The notes: generated by a model not told the origin, from the letters alone. A DNA stretch of 64,000 bases from Candidatus Spongiisociaceae bacterium (GCA_965202665.1 OZ241841.1:2304001-2368000), one strand, 5' to 3'; counted from the stretch's first letter, positions 22,118 through 32,278 are shown. Made by a program: numbers and translations.

Positions 22118-22495
22118 ATGAGCCGCCAGGTTGCCTTTACCAACTCCGCCCCGCCCCCCGCCGGGCCCTACTCCCAGGCGGTCCGCTCCGGGCCGATGCT
22201 GGCCTTGGCCGGCCAGGGAGGGTTCGACCCGGCCACCGGGGAACTGGCCGGCCCCGACTTCGCCGCCGAAGCCCGCCGGACTTTCGCCAACCTCCTCGCC
22301 GTTTTGGAAGCGGCCGGGGCGGGACCGGAAAACGTCATCCGGCTGGGCGTGTTCCTGACCGACCCGGTTCATTTCCAGGAGATGAATTCGGTCCTGCGGG
22401 AGTTTTTCGCCGAACCGTTCCCTGCCCGCACCACCGTCTACGTGACCCTGCCCGGCTCCATGCGCATCGAAGTGGACGCCTTAGCGGTCATATAA
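22118..22495 (+). CDS. RidA/Rid family enamine deaminase
   Basis: GPYSQAV, PARTTV, IEVD. Confidence 0.9.
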   Translation: MSRQVAFTNSAPPPAGPYSQAVRSGPMLALAGQGGFDPATGELAGPDFAAEARRTFANLLAVLEAAGAGPENVIRLGVFLTDPVHFQEMNSVLREFFAEPFPARTTVYVTLPGSMRIEVDALAVI

Positions 22496-22500
22496 GCCGC

Positions 22501-24168
22501 ATGAGCGCAACCGTTTCTTACGCTTTGGCGGACCTGGCCGGGCCGGTAGCCGACCGGTTGCGGGACTGGGAACGGGAGGACTTCGGGCGGCGGCTGTGGG
22601 AGGGCGATCACTCCCTGTGGTCGGCGGAGCCCGTCCCCGAACTAACCGACCGGCTGGGATGGCTGCGGTTGCCCCGAACCGCCGCCGGGGCCTGGCCGGA
22701 GTGGCGGGCCTTCGCCGAAGAGGCCCGCGCCGAATTCGACCAGGTGGCCCTGCTGGGAATGGGCGGTTCCAGCTTGGCCCCGGAAGTGTTTCAAAAAACC
22801 TTCGGCCCCGCCCCCGGGCGCCCCGATTTGCTGGTGGCGGACAGCACCCATCCGGCCGCGGTGCAGGCGGCCCGCTCCCGGCTGAACCCGGAACGCACCC
22901 TGTTTTTGGCCTCCTCCAAATCGGGCGGCACTTTGGAAACCCTCTCCCTCCTCCGCTACTTCTGGGAGCAAACCGCCCGCCTGACCGACGATCCGGGACG
23001 CCGCTTCGCCGCCGTCACCGACTCCGGCTCCAGCCTGGAATCTTTGGCCCGAAAACGGGGGTTCCGCCGCGTGTTCCACGCCCCCCCCGACGTGGGCGGC
23101 CGTTATTCGGCCCTGACCGCCTTCGGGCTGGTTCCGGCCGCCCTGCTCGGAATGGACGTCCCCCGGTTGCTGGCGGGAGCGGAGACGATGATGGGGGAGT
23201 GCGGCCCGGACCGGGCCCCGGCGGACAACCCCGGCTTGAAACTGGGGGCGGCCCTGGGGGAGGCCGCCCGCGCCGGACGGGACAAAATCACTTTCCTGTG
23301 CTCGCCCGCCCTGGCTTCTTTCGGAGCGTGGGCGGAGCAGTTGCTGGCGGAAAGCACCGGCAAACGGGGAACCGGCCTGGTTCCGGTAGCGGACGAACCG
23401 CTGGGCGACTACCGCGCCTACGGCCCCGACCGCTTCTTCATCCACCTGGCGTTGGCCGGCGACGACCCGGCCGGCCTCCCGGCCCTTTTGGAAACCCTGC
23501 AGGCGGCCCGCCATCCCATAGTCAGGATCGCGATGGACGACCTTTGCGACCTGGGCGGGGAAATGTACCGCAGCGAAATGGCGGTGGCCGCGGCCGGGGC
23601 GGCGCTGGGAATCAACCCTTTCGACCAGCCGGACGTCCAAGTGGCCAAAGACCTGGCCAACCGGGACATGTCCGGCGGGGAGGAGGCGGCCCCCCTCCCG
23701 GAGGCGGACGCGGCCGACCCCTCCCAAGCCCCCGCTTTGGCGGCCGCCTGGGAGAACTGGATATCCGGCCTGCGGCCGGGCGACTATCTGGCCGTACAGG
23801 TTTACCTGCCCATGGACGGCCCGGCCGCCCCGCTCATCGACGAACTGCGCCGCGTCCTGCGGGACTCCCGCCGGGCGGCGGCCACGGTCGGCTACGGCCC
23901 CCGCTTTCTGCATTCCACCGGACAGCTGCATAAAGGCGGGGCGGACAACGGGCTGTTTCTGCAGATAGTGGACCGCCCCCGCCCCGAACTGCCCGTCCCC
24001 GAAACCGAATTCACCTTCGGCCAACTGATAACCGCCCAGGCGGCCGGCGACTGCCGGGCCCTCCTCCAACGGGGAAGGAGGACGTTGCGGGTGAACGCCG
24101 GGGACGACCCGGTGGCCGGAGTGCGGGCCCTGCTGGACTTGGCCCGGGACGGAAACTACCGGAACTGA
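22501..24168 (+). CDS. pgi: Glucose-6-phosphate isomerase (Tal-Pgi-type Pgi domain)
   Basis: GMGGSSL, SKSGGTLET, VGGRYS, AESTGK, NPFDQPDV, HSTGQLHKGG. Confidence 0.85.
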   Translation: MSATVSYALADLAGPVADRLRDWEREDFGRRLWEGDHSLWSAEPVPELTDRLGWLRLPRTAAGAWPEWRAFAEEARAEFDQVALLGMGGSSLAPEVFQKTFGPAPGRPDLLVADSTHPAAVQAARSRLNPERTLFLASSKSGGTLETLSLLRYFWEQTARLTDDPGRRFAAVTDSGSSLESLARKRGFRRVFHAPPDVGGRYSALTAFGLVPAALLGMDVPRLLAGAETMMGECGPDRAPADNPGLKLGAALGEAARAGRDKITFLCSPALASFGAWAEQLLAESTGKRGTGLVPVADEPLGDYRAYGPDRFFIHLALAGDDPAGLPALLETLQAARHPIVRIAMDDLCDLGGEMYRSEMAVAAAGAALGINPFDQPDVQVAKDLANRDMSGGEEAAPLPEADAADPSQAPALAAAWENWISGLRPGDYLAVQVYLPMDGPAAPLIDELRRVLRDSRRAAATVGYGPRFLHSTGQLHKGGADNGLFLQIVDRPRPELPVPETEFTFGQLITAQAAGDCRALLQRGRRTLRVNAGDDPVAGVRALLDLARDGNYRN

Positions 24169-25667
24169 TGGAAACGTTTCCGGGGGCGGGCGGCGGACGG
24201 GCGGAACCCCATCTGCTGGTGGTCTTCGGGGCCACCGGCGACCTGTTCCGCCGCAAACTGCTCCCCGCCCTCTACCACCTGGTGCGGGAACTGGGACTGG
24301 GCGACCGGTGCGCGATGCTGGGAGCGGCCCGCACCCCCCTCACCGACCAAGAGTTCCGAGAGCGGTCCCGGGCCGCCCTGGCCGCCGCCCGCCCCGACGA
24401 CTCCGAAGACCCCGACGACCCGGACGACCGGAACCGCTGGTGCGACCGCATGCTCCACTACCAGCCGATAGGGGAGGGGGCCGACTCCTACCGGGGGCTG
24501 GCCGAACGGGTGCGGGCCGTGGAGGCGGAACACGAGCTGGGCGGCAACCGCATTTTCTATCTGGCGGTGCACCCGCAGGTGGTGCCGACCGCGGTGCGGG
24601 CCCTCGGCCAATGGGATTTGTCCCGCAGCCCCGGCTGGACCCGGCTGGTGGTGGAAAAACCGTTCGGCTCCGACCTGGACTCCGCCCGGGATTTGAACCG
24701 CCTGCTGCATAGTCATTTCCCCGAAAACCGGATTTTCCGCATCGACCATTATCTGGGCAAGTCCACCGTCCAGAACCTGCTGGTGTTCCGCTTCGCCAAC
24801 CCGGTGTTCGAATCAATCTGGAACCGGGACCGCATCGACAACATCCAGATCACGATGGCCGAACGGGACGGCATCGGCGACCGGGCCGGTTATTACGACC
24901 GGGCGGGGGCGGTGCGGGACGTCGTCCAAAACCACGTGACGCAGGCGCTGAGCCTGGTGGCGATGGAACCCCCCGCCTCTTTCGCCGCCGAAGCCATCCG
25001 GGACGAGAAGGTCAAAGTGCTGCAGTCCCTGCGCCCGTTGCGGGCGGAGGACGCGGTCCTCGGCCAGTACGCCCCGGGCCGCATCGGCGGCGCCCCGGCG
25101 GCCGGCTACTTGGAGGAGCCGGGGGTGGCGGCGGGGTCGGCCACCGAAACCTTCGCCGCCCTGCGGGTGTTCGTGGACAGCTGGCGATGGCAGGGGGTGC
25201 CTTTCTACCTGCGCAGCGGCAAACGGCTCCCCGCCCGCCTCACCCAGGTGGCGGTGACTTTCCGGGAGCCGCCGGTGGCTTTGTTCAAAAGTTACGACCG
25301 GGGCCACCTGAAAGGCAACGTTTTGTATTTCCGCCTGCAACCCGACGAAGGCTTCGACCTGCTGTTCGACGTGCAGGTTCCCACCGGCGATCTGCGCCTG
25401 GCCACCTTGCCGTTCACCTTCAACTACGAGGACACGTTCGGCCGTTTCCCGGACGCCTACGAAACCCTCCTCTACGACGTGATGTGCGACGACCGGACCC
25501 TATTCGTGCGGTCGGACGAGGTGGAGGAGTCGTGGCGATTCTTCGAGCCGCTGTTGAAAAACGGGCCCCGCCCGGAACCCTATCCGGCCGGGTCGTGGGG
25601 GCCGGAGTCGGCCCATCGGCTGGTGGCCGCCAACCCCCCCGGTTGGACTTTGGCCCCCGGCTGGTAA
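24168..25667 (+). CDS. zwf: Glucose-6-phosphate 1-dehydrogenase
   Basis: FGATGDL, EKPFG, RIDHYLGK, RWQGVPFYLRSGK. Confidence 0.95.
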   Translation: METFPGAGGGRAEPHLLVVFGATGDLFRRKLLPALYHLVRELGLGDRCAMLGAARTPLTDQEFRERSRAALAAARPDDSEDPDDPDDRNRWCDRMLHYQPIGEGADSYRGLAERVRAVEAEHELGGNRIFYLAVHPQVVPTAVRALGQWDLSRSPGWTRLVVEKPFGSDLDSARDLNRLLHSHFPENRIFRIDHYLGKSTVQNLLVFRFANPVFESIWNRDRIDNIQITMAERDGIGDRAGYYDRAGAVRDVVQNHVTQALSLVAMEPPASFAAEAIRDEKVKVLQSLRPLRAEDAVLGQYAPGRIGGAPAAGYLEEPGVAAGSATETFAALRVFVDSWRWQGVPFYLRSGKRLPARLTQVAVTFREPPVALFKSYDRGHLKGNVLYFRLQPDEGFDLLFDVQVPTGDLRLATLPFTFNYEDTFGRFPDAYETLLYDVMCDDRTLFVRSDEVEESWRFFEPLLKNGPRPEPYPAGSWGPESAHRLVAANPPGWTLAPGW

Positions 25668-25669
25668 GT

Positions 25670-25924
25670 TCAGGTGCGCAGGTAGTGGGCCATGGCCGGA
25701 TGGCGCAACTTGGCCAAAGCCTGGGCCTCCACCTCCAAGGTTTCGGCGGGGGTGAGCCCGTGATGCCCGGCGACGTCCTCCAAAGGCTGGGGGGGTTGGT
25801 CGTCTAAGCCGTGGCGGGCGGTGAGGATTTCCCGTTCCAGCGGCTTCAGCAACATAAGCGCGGTGCGGAGCCGTTCCAAAAAAAACTGTTCGGGAACGTC
25901 GCCGTATTGAATTTGGTCGGTCAT
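25670..25924 (-). CDS. Stand-alone sigma-70 region 4-like HTH protein
   Basis: LKPLEREILTARHGLDD...LEDVA...EAQALAKLRHP resembles the RpoD C-terminus. Confidence 0.7.
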   Translation of the reverse strand: MTDQIQYGDVPEQFFLERLRTALMLLKPLEREILTARHGLDDQPPQPLEDVAGHHGLTPAETLEVEAQALAKLRHPAMAHYLRT

Positions 25925-25996
25925 GGGGGGGATCCTCGTTCTTGGGGAAGTAAGAACGCTCCACCCTACGACCGCCCCGCGCTCCCTTGGGGTATT

Positions 25997-26434
25997 TCAC
26001 CTATGTAGTTCAAAACCCGCCCCGGCGGCCGCCGACCAGGAGGCGACCCGTTCCGCGGTTATTTCCAGCACCGGGCCGGGCGGGGGGGCGGCCGCGTAAA
26101 CCGGGTATTTTTCCAGCAGGGCTTGCCGGGCCCCGGCCGGGGTTTCCGTCCATTCCAGGATGCGGGCCCGCCCGTCCACCCGTATCCACCACAGGCGGGT
26201 CCAGTCGTCGCGGTAGCAATCCACCAACGCCGAAACCGCCGGATTGGCCCGGATGTTTTCCAAGCGGCGCAGGCGGAGGGTGGTCTTCGGTTTGCGGTCC
26301 ACCGCGCTGTACAGCCGGCCTTCCCAGTAGGCGAACACGATGGGAACCAGATGCGGCCGCCCGTCCCGCCCGGCGGTGCCCAGCACGGCCCGGCGGGCCT
26401 CCCGCAGGCGCCGGTCGATTTCCTCCCGCTCCAC
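25997..26434 (-). CDS. PPOX-class F420-dependent oxidoreductase
   Basis: PHLVPIVFA, AVDRKPK, LRRLENIRANP, DDWTRLWW. Confidence 0.85.
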   Translation of the reverse strand: MEREEIDRRLREARRAVLGTAGRDGRPHLVPIVFAYWEGRLYSAVDRKPKTTLRLRRLENIRANPAVSALVDCYRDDWTRLWWIRVDGRARILEWTETPAGARQALLEKYPVYAAAPPPGPVLEITAERVASWSAAAGAGFELHR

Positions 26435-26483
26435 CCCGGCGCCCCTTTCCGTTCCCGTCGTCTCTCGTTGCCCGGTGCGGAAA

Positions 26484-27434
26484 CTAGCCCAGCCCGGCCG
26501 CCCGTCCTTTGTCCACCAGCTTCGCCGCCATCTTGCGGGAGGCCTCGTCGATCAACTTCCCGTCCAAGCTGGCCGCCCCCCGCCCGGCGGCGATCGCCTC
26601 CGCGTAGGCCTCCAGCACCCGTTGCGCCGCCGCGTATTCGCCGACGGTGGGAGTGAACATTTCGTTGGCCAAGGCGATCTGCGAAGGATGGATGCACCAT
26701 TTGCCGTCCACCCCCAGCAGTTTGGCCCGCCGGGCCGACTCCCGGAAACCGTCCGCATCCCCGTAATCCCCGAACGGCCCGTCGATGGCGTCGCATCCCA
26801 CCGCCCGGGCGTTGTTGACGATCTGGGCCAAAATGTAATGCCACTGATGGCCCGGATAGTCCGGCTCCACCATTCCCACCGAATCCTGCCACACCCCCTG
26901 GTTGGCCGAATAGTCCCCCGGCCCGAAAATAAGCGTTTCGATGCGGTCGGTCACCGCCGCAATTTCGGCCATGTTGACGCTGCCGGAGCCGGTTTCGATC
27001 TGCACTTCCAAGCCGATTCTTTTCCCGACGCCCAAGTCTTCTTCCATCTGGGTGAGCAAATTTTCCACAAACCACATTTGCCCGGCGTCCTGCACTTTGG
27101 GGATCATCAGGCAGTCCAACCCCTCCCACCCGCCGGACACCACTTCCATGATGTCCCCGTACTGCCAGCGGGTGGTGGCGTCGTTCACCCGCACCGTCAC
27201 CACCTTGCCCCGGTAGTCGTGGGAGCCCAGGGCGTCGACCACCTGCCGCCGGGCCTTCACCTTCTCGGCGGGGGCCACCGCGTCCTCCAAATCCAGAAAA
27301 ATCTGGTCGGCTTCGGTGGCGGCCGCTTTTTCCATCATGCGGGGATTGGAACCGGGCACCGCCAGGCAGGAACGGCGCAACCGGGCCGGACGGCCGGGAA
27401 CGGAGCCGGTGGAAAGGAAAGGATTGACGGGCAT
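26484..27434 (-). CDS. CitE/malyl-CoA lyase family (HpcH/HpaI aldolase)
   Basis: RSCLAVPGS, DLEDAV, QIET, GKWCIHPSQ. Confidence 0.9.
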   Translation of the reverse strand: MPVNPFLSTGSVPGRPARLRRSCLAVPGSNPRMMEKAAATEADQIFLDLEDAVAPAEKVKARRQVVDALGSHDYRGKVVTVRVNDATTRWQYGDIMEVVSGGWEGLDCLMIPKVQDAGQMWFVENLLTQMEEDLGVGKRIGLEVQIETGSGSVNMAEIAAVTDRIETLIFGPGDYSANQGVWQDSVGMVEPDYPGHQWHYILAQIVNNARAVGCDAIDGPFGDYGDADGFRESARRAKLLGVDGKWCIHPSQIALANEMFTPTVGEYAAAQRVLEAYAEAIAAGRGAASLDGKLIDEASRKMAAKLVDKGRAAGLG

Positions 27435-27502
27435 GGGACGGGCCCCCTTTCTTGCTAGCCCCTAAACCTGAACCTGAAACCGGGTGGGGACTGAAACCCG
27501 GG

Positions 27503-27576
27503 TGGGCGTTGACGGGTTCGAACCGCCGACCTCTTCCTTGTAAGGGAAGCGCTCTCCCAGACTGAGCTAAACGCCC
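27503..27576 (-). tRNA. tRNA-Val (anticodon TAC)
   Basis: GGGCGTTTAGCTCAG...CTTCC-CTTACAA-GGAAG...GGTTCGAACCC...AACGCCCA cloverleaf. Confidence 0.95.
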
Positions 27577-27633
27577 CGCCCTTACTCTAGCCGCCCCCGC
27601 CGGGGGGGGGGGGGGGGGGGACGCCCGTATAGG

Positions 27634-28794
27634 ATGAAAACAATGACCGCCGCCCAACGTCGCCTCGGACGGGTCGTGTTGCTGTTGCTGGCCGCCGTCC
27701 TGGGAATGGGGATTGGGGCCATACTGGCTTTGCTGGCCGACATTCAGGACCGGTTCGGCTACCCCACTTGGGCTTTGGGAGTGATCGCCGGGGTCACGTT
27801 TCTGACCACCTTCGCCACCCATTTGCTAATGTCCCCCCTGGCCGACCGGGGCTGGGAACGGCGGGTGATCGCATTGGGAACCGCCGTCATGATCGCCGCC
27901 CTGCTGTGGATGGTTTACGCCTCCCTGCTGTGGCATTGGGTGGCCGCCCGTGCCCTGCTCGGTTTCGCGGAAGGGGCGGTGGTAAGTTCCGGCCGCCGGG
28001 TGATGCTCAGCTGGGACCAGGACCACCAGGGCCGGGCCCTGAGTTTGCTCACCTCCGCCCTCCTCGCCGGGTTCCTGCTGGGACCGCCCCTGGGCGGGGC
28101 GTTGAACGAAGTAAACACCGCCCTCCCGTTCCTGGTTCCGGCGGCGATGGGGGCCCTCATGCTCCCGCTGATCATTTTCGCCAAACCGGACGCCTACGCC
28201 CGGCCCGCCGCCCGCCTCAGCCGCCTCCGGATCGCCGCCATCCCGGGGATGACTTCGGGGCTGATCGTAGCCGGGATAGCCTGGTTCATCATTGGGGTGA
28301 TGGACGCGGTCTGGTCCCGCTACGCCTCCGACCTGGGGGCCGGCACCCTGCTCATCGGCTTCAGTTACCTGTCCATCGCCCTGCCCAGCGTGGCCCTCAG
28401 CCCGGTGGGGGGTTCCATCGCCGACCGGACCAACCCGGTGCGGCTGGCCATGCTGGCTACTTTCGCCACCGTTCCGGTGGTGTTCCTCCTCGGCTGGGCG
28501 CCGGGGATGGCGGCTTTGATGGGGCTGGCGGCCGTTTATTCCAGCCTGTGGGCTTTTCAGCTCCCCACCGCCCAGGCGGCCGCCGCCAAAGTGGTCCCGC
28601 CCGGCCAGTCCGCCGAAGGCCAGGCCATCATGGAGGGCGTGGGCCTGCTGTGCGCCGGTGCGGGGGCCTTCGCCGCCGCCCCCCTCTACGGCTCGGCGGG
28701 CCCGCGGGCGGTGTTCGGCTTAGCGGCCGCCCTTTCCCTAACAGCCGCCCTCGGCATCTTCCGGCTCCGCCCCCGCTGGCGGAAACTATTCTGA
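27634..28794 (+). CDS. MFS transporter
   Basis: About 12 TM segments; LADRG and GSIADR loops; ARALLG. Confidence 0.88.
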   Translation: MKTMTAAQRRLGRVVLLLLAAVLGMGIGAILALLADIQDRFGYPTWALGVIAGVTFLTTFATHLLMSPLADRGWERRVIALGTAVMIAALLWMVYASLLWHWVAARALLGFAEGAVVSSGRRVMLSWDQDHQGRALSLLTSALLAGFLLGPPLGGALNEVNTALPFLVPAAMGALMLPLIIFAKPDAYARPAARLSRLRIAAIPGMTSGLIVAGIAWFIIGVMDAVWSRYASDLGAGTLLIGFSYLSIALPSVALSPVGGSIADRTNPVRLAMLATFATVPVVFLLGWAPGMAALMGLAAVYSSLWAFQLPTAQAAAAKVVPPGQSAEGQAIMEGVGLLCAGAGAFAAAPLYGSAGPRAVFGLAAALSLTAALGIFRLRPRWRKLF

Positions 28795-28918
28795 AAAAGC
28801 CCCCGCCGGGAAAGTTTGCGGTTACGATTCTTGAACCGGCGCCTAATATCAAAGCGGGCCGGCCGGGCGGCTGGGCGCAACGGGAAGCAACCAGGAACGG
28901 GAGGGCGCGCTGAGCACG

Positions 28919-29893
28919 TTGTTCGGATTCGGGGCTTATGTGCCGGAGCGGGTGGTAACTAACCGGGATTGGGAAAAACGGTTGGACACCAGCGACGAGT
29001 GGATCACGCAACGCACCGGCATCAAAAAACGCCGGTTCGCCGCCCCCGGGGAAACCACTCTCACCATGTCGGCCAACGCCTCCCGGGCGGCCATCGCCGA
29101 CGCCGGGATGTCCCCCGCCGACATCGACGAGATCATCGTCGCCACCGACACCCCGGAGGCGAAAACCCCCGACACGGCCGCCTACCTGCAGGACGAGCTG
29201 GGATGCCGGGAAGTCCCCGGCTACGACCTGGCCGGCAGCGGATGCGCCGGGTTCATCCAAGCCTTGGACGTGGCCCGGGCCCGCATCGCCTTCCATTCCA
29301 AAAACGTGCTGGTGGTGGGGGTGGAGTTGATAACCCGCCTGATCGACCTGACCGACCGCAACACGGCCGTGCTGTTCGGGGACGGGGCGGGGGCCCTGGT
29401 GATGGGCCCGGCGGGCCGGGGCGGTAAGGCCCGCATGGTGGAGGGGCTGTCCGGCACCGACGGCTCCCTGACCGGCATCCTCCACGTTTTAGCGGGCGGC
29501 ACCCGCCGCCCCTTCAACCGCGACCTGTTGGAGTCGGGCGAACATCTGCGCCTGGTGATGAACGGCCCGGAAGTGTTTCGCAACGCAGTGGCCCGCATGT
29601 CGGCCACCGTCAAAGAACTTCTGCGGCGAATGGGCAAAACCGCCGCCGACGTGGATCTGGTAATACCCCATCAGGCCAACAGCCGGATAATCGACGCGGT
29701 AGGCAAAAACCTGGGGCTGGGGCGGGACCACGTGTACGTAAACATCCGGGAATACGGCAACACCGGTTCCGCCTCGGTGCCGCTGGCCCTGTGCGAAGCC
29801 CAAGCCAACGGACGCATCAAACGGGGCGACCTGGTATTGCTCACCGCCTTCGGGGCCGGTCTGCACTGGGCGGGGGCGGCCCTCCAGTTCTAA
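28919..29893 (+). CDS. fabH: 3-oxoacyl-ACP synthase III
   Basis: TSDEWITQRTGI, GCAGF catalytic Cys, FGDGAGA, HQAN, GNTGSASVP; start uncertain (TTG 28919 or CTG 28910). Confidence 0.92.
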   Translation: MFGFGAYVPERVVTNRDWEKRLDTSDEWITQRTGIKKRRFAAPGETTLTMSANASRAAIADAGMSPADIDEIIVATDTPEAKTPDTAAYLQDELGCREVPGYDLAGSGCAGFIQALDVARARIAFHSKNVLVVGVELITRLIDLTDRNTAVLFGDGAGALVMGPAGRGGKARMVEGLSGTDGSLTGILHVLAGGTRRPFNRDLLESGEHLRLVMNGPEVFRNAVARMSATVKELLRRMGKTAADVDLVIPHQANSRIIDAVGKNLGLGRDHVYVNIREYGNTGSASVPLALCEAQANGRIKRGDLVLLTAFGAGLHWAGAALQF

Positions 29894-29980
29894 CCCGGTC
29901 CGGGGCGGCGCACGCCAACCGCCTAAAACCTGTATTAACTGAATTTCGGGTATCCTGGGGGCGTCTACGAGAGGAGGCGG

Positions 29981-30715
29981 ATGGCCGAATCGTTTCTTTG
30001 GAAAGGCCGTCTGGGCCCCATGGGACTCCACATTTCCGACACCACTTTCACCCCGTCCACTTTGTCGGCTTTGCTGGCCGGGGAGATGCGCATCGAGGAG
30101 GGGGACGTGGTGATCGACGTAGGTTGCGGCTCCGGGATTCTGGCCATCATCGCCGCCAAACTGGGGGCCCGCCACGTGCACGCGGTGGACAAAAACCCGG
30201 ATGTGGTGGAGGTGGGCGGAGCCAACGCCGCCGCCAACGGGGTGGCCGGGCGAATCACCTTCTACCAAGGCGACCTGTTCGAACCGCTGGACGAAAAAGT
30301 GTCCGCGGACGTGATCATCGGGGACGTGTCCGGCATCCCCGACGATTTAGCCGACGAAAGCGGCTGGTTCCCCACCCGGGGCGGCGGCGGACGGCGGGGA
30401 AGCGAACTTCCCATCCGCATGCTGACCGAGGCCCGGCGCCGCCTGGCCGCGGGCGGGCGGATGTTTCTGCCCACCGGATCCATCCAGGACGAAGAGTCCA
30501 TCCTGGAAGCCGCCCGGCGCATGTATTCCAAAGTGCGCAAACTGGCGGAACGCACCATCCCGCTCCCCGCCGCTTTGGCGGCCAGCCGGGTGACGGCCGC
30601 CCTGTCGGAGATGGGCATCGTCCGGCTGGCCACCCGCGGCTCCCGCAGTTTGTGGGAAGCCCGGGTGTGGGAGGTTTCCGGGGTCGCGCCGCCCGCCGCC
30701 GCTTTTCCCGTTTGA
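29981..30715 (+). CDS. Class I SAM-dependent methyltransferase (PrmA/PrmC-like)
   Basis: VIDVGCGSGILAI, GDLFEPL; GAGGAGG RBS. Confidence 0.85.
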   Translation: MAESFLWKGRLGPMGLHISDTTFTPSTLSALLAGEMRIEEGDVVIDVGCGSGILAIIAAKLGARHVHAVDKNPDVVEVGGANAAANGVAGRITFYQGDLFEPLDEKVSADVIIGDVSGIPDDLADESGWFPTRGGGGRRGSELPIRMLTEARRRLAAGGRMFLPTGSIQDEESILEAARRMYSKVRKLAERTIPLPAALAASRVTAALSEMGIVRLATRGSRSLWEARVWEVSGVAPPAAAFPV

Positions 30716-30755
30716 GGGCCGTCGGGCTCCGCAGCCAGGGTACGATGGGGGGCGA

Positions 30756-31562
30756 ATGGTTTTTCAGGTAAGCCGCCTGCTGAAGGCGATCGACCGCCGG
30801 GCGCCCTTCGCCGCCGCCGTCGCATGGGACGCGGTGGGCCTGCAAATCGGCGGCCCGCAACGGCCGATAGAACGGGCGGCGGTCGCGCACGAAATCACCA
30901 CCGACGTCGCCGAACGCCTTTGCGAAGGAGGGTACGACACGGCGGTCACCTACCACCCGTTGCTGTTTCAGCCTTTGACGGAGGTTCTGGACCGGCCCGG
31001 ACCGCAACGCCGGGTGATGGCCCTGTTGAAACGGGGGGTGAGCGTCATCGCCGTTCACACCAGCTGGGACGCGGCGCCCGGCGGATGCTCCGACGCCTTA
31101 GCCGAAACCTTGGGCGTCAACCCCGGAGGATGGTTCGCCCAAATGGAGACCGAAGGGGAGGAGGGCTGGCTGGGCCGGGTGGGGATGTGCCAGGGAAGCG
31201 CCGCCCAGTTGCTTTCCCGGGTAGAGGAAAAACTGGGTTCCTCGCCCCGCCTGGTCGGCATGAAAGAGCGGCTGCAGAAGCGCGCCCGGGCGGGGATGGT
31301 GGCGGTCCTGCCCGGTTCCGGCGGCTCTTTCGTAGAAGAAGCCGCCTACTGCGGGGCCGACATCTACGTAACCGGCGACGTCTCCCATCATGAGGCCCGC
31401 CTGGCGCTTGATTTGGAGTTGGCGGTAATCGACGCCGGGCATATACCTACCGAGCGGCCGGGGGTGCGCAGGCTGTATGATTTCGTGGCTGAAACGTTGG
31501 GGCGGACGGCCGCGGTGGATGATTTGAGCAGCCCGCAAGATCACCCCTGGGAGGAGGCATGA
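30756..31562 (+). CDS. Nif3-like dinuclear metal protein
   Basis: WDAVGLQ, YHPLLF, HTSWD, PGSGG, TGDVSHH, DAGH..TE. Confidence 0.9.
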   Translation: MVFQVSRLLKAIDRRAPFAAAVAWDAVGLQIGGPQRPIERAAVAHEITTDVAERLCEGGYDTAVTYHPLLFQPLTEVLDRPGPQRRVMALLKRGVSVIAVHTSWDAAPGGCSDALAETLGVNPGGWFAQMETEGEEGWLGRVGMCQGSAAQLLSRVEEKLGSSPRLVGMKERLQKRARAGMVAVLPGSGGSFVEEAAYCGADIYVTGDVSHHEARLALDLELAVIDAGHIPTERPGVRRLYDFVAETLGRTAAVDDLSSPQDHPWEEA

Positions 31563-32278
31563 ACGAGTCGCCCGGTTTGCCCGGTTTGGCCGACCTGCTG
31601 GATGTGCAGGCCGTGGATTCGGCGTCCGACAAGTTGCTGGCCGACCGGGAGGGGATGCCCGAGTTGGCCGAACACGCCGCCGCCGCCCAATCCGCCGCCG
31701 AAGCGGCCGCCGCCCGGGACCAGGCGGAAGCCCTCCTGCAAGAAGTGGACGGCGAGACGAAGCGGGTGGATGATGAGTTGCAGTTGGCCGAGCAGACCCT
31801 GAGTGAACGGGAGGACCGTCTGTACGCCGGGGGGATGAGCGCCCGGGAGGCGGACACCATGCGGATAGACGTGGAAAACCTGGGCAAACAGAATTCCGCC
31901 ATGGAGGACGAACTGCTGGAACTGTTGGAGAAGCGGGAGAAGGCGGCCGCCGCCGCGCAGGAAGCGAATCAGGCGGCGGAGGAAACGGAAAAGGTCAAAC
32001 GGGGACTGGCCGAGACCATCGCCCGCAAACAGTCGGAAATCGATGTCCAGTTGGCGGCGCAGGAGTCCCGCCGGGGCGAACTGACCCCGGCGGTCCCCCC
32101 CGATTTGCTGGAATTGTACGAGGAGTTGCGGGCGCGGCGGGGCGGGGTGGTGGCGGGGGTTTTGAACGGACGCAGTTGCGGGGCCTGCCATATGGAAATG
32201 TCCATGGCCGAATACGAAGAAGTGGTGGAGGAGTTTCCGCCCCGATGCATCCACTGCCAGGCCATAGTGGTCCCCTGA
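31559..32278 (+). CDS. Coiled-coil C4 zinc-ribbon protein
   Basis: Long coiled coil then CGAC...CIHC; usual neighbour of Nif3. Confidence 0.88.
   Translation: MNESPGLPGLADLLDVQAVDSASDKLLADREGMPELAEHAAAAQSAAEAAAARDQAEALLQEVDGETKRVDDELQLAEQTLSEREDRLYAGGMSAREADTMRIDVENLGKQNSAMEDELLELLEKREKAAAAAQEANQAAEETEKVKRGLAETIARKQSEIDVQLAAQESRRGELTPAVPPDLLELYEELRARRGGVVAGVLNGRSCGACHMEMSMAEYEEVVEEFPPRCIHCQAIVVP

Noticed and set aside
27503-27576. tRNA-Val as an integration site
   Set aside because: No integrase nearby and no duplicated tRNA 3' end noticed; flanks are ordinary metabolic genes
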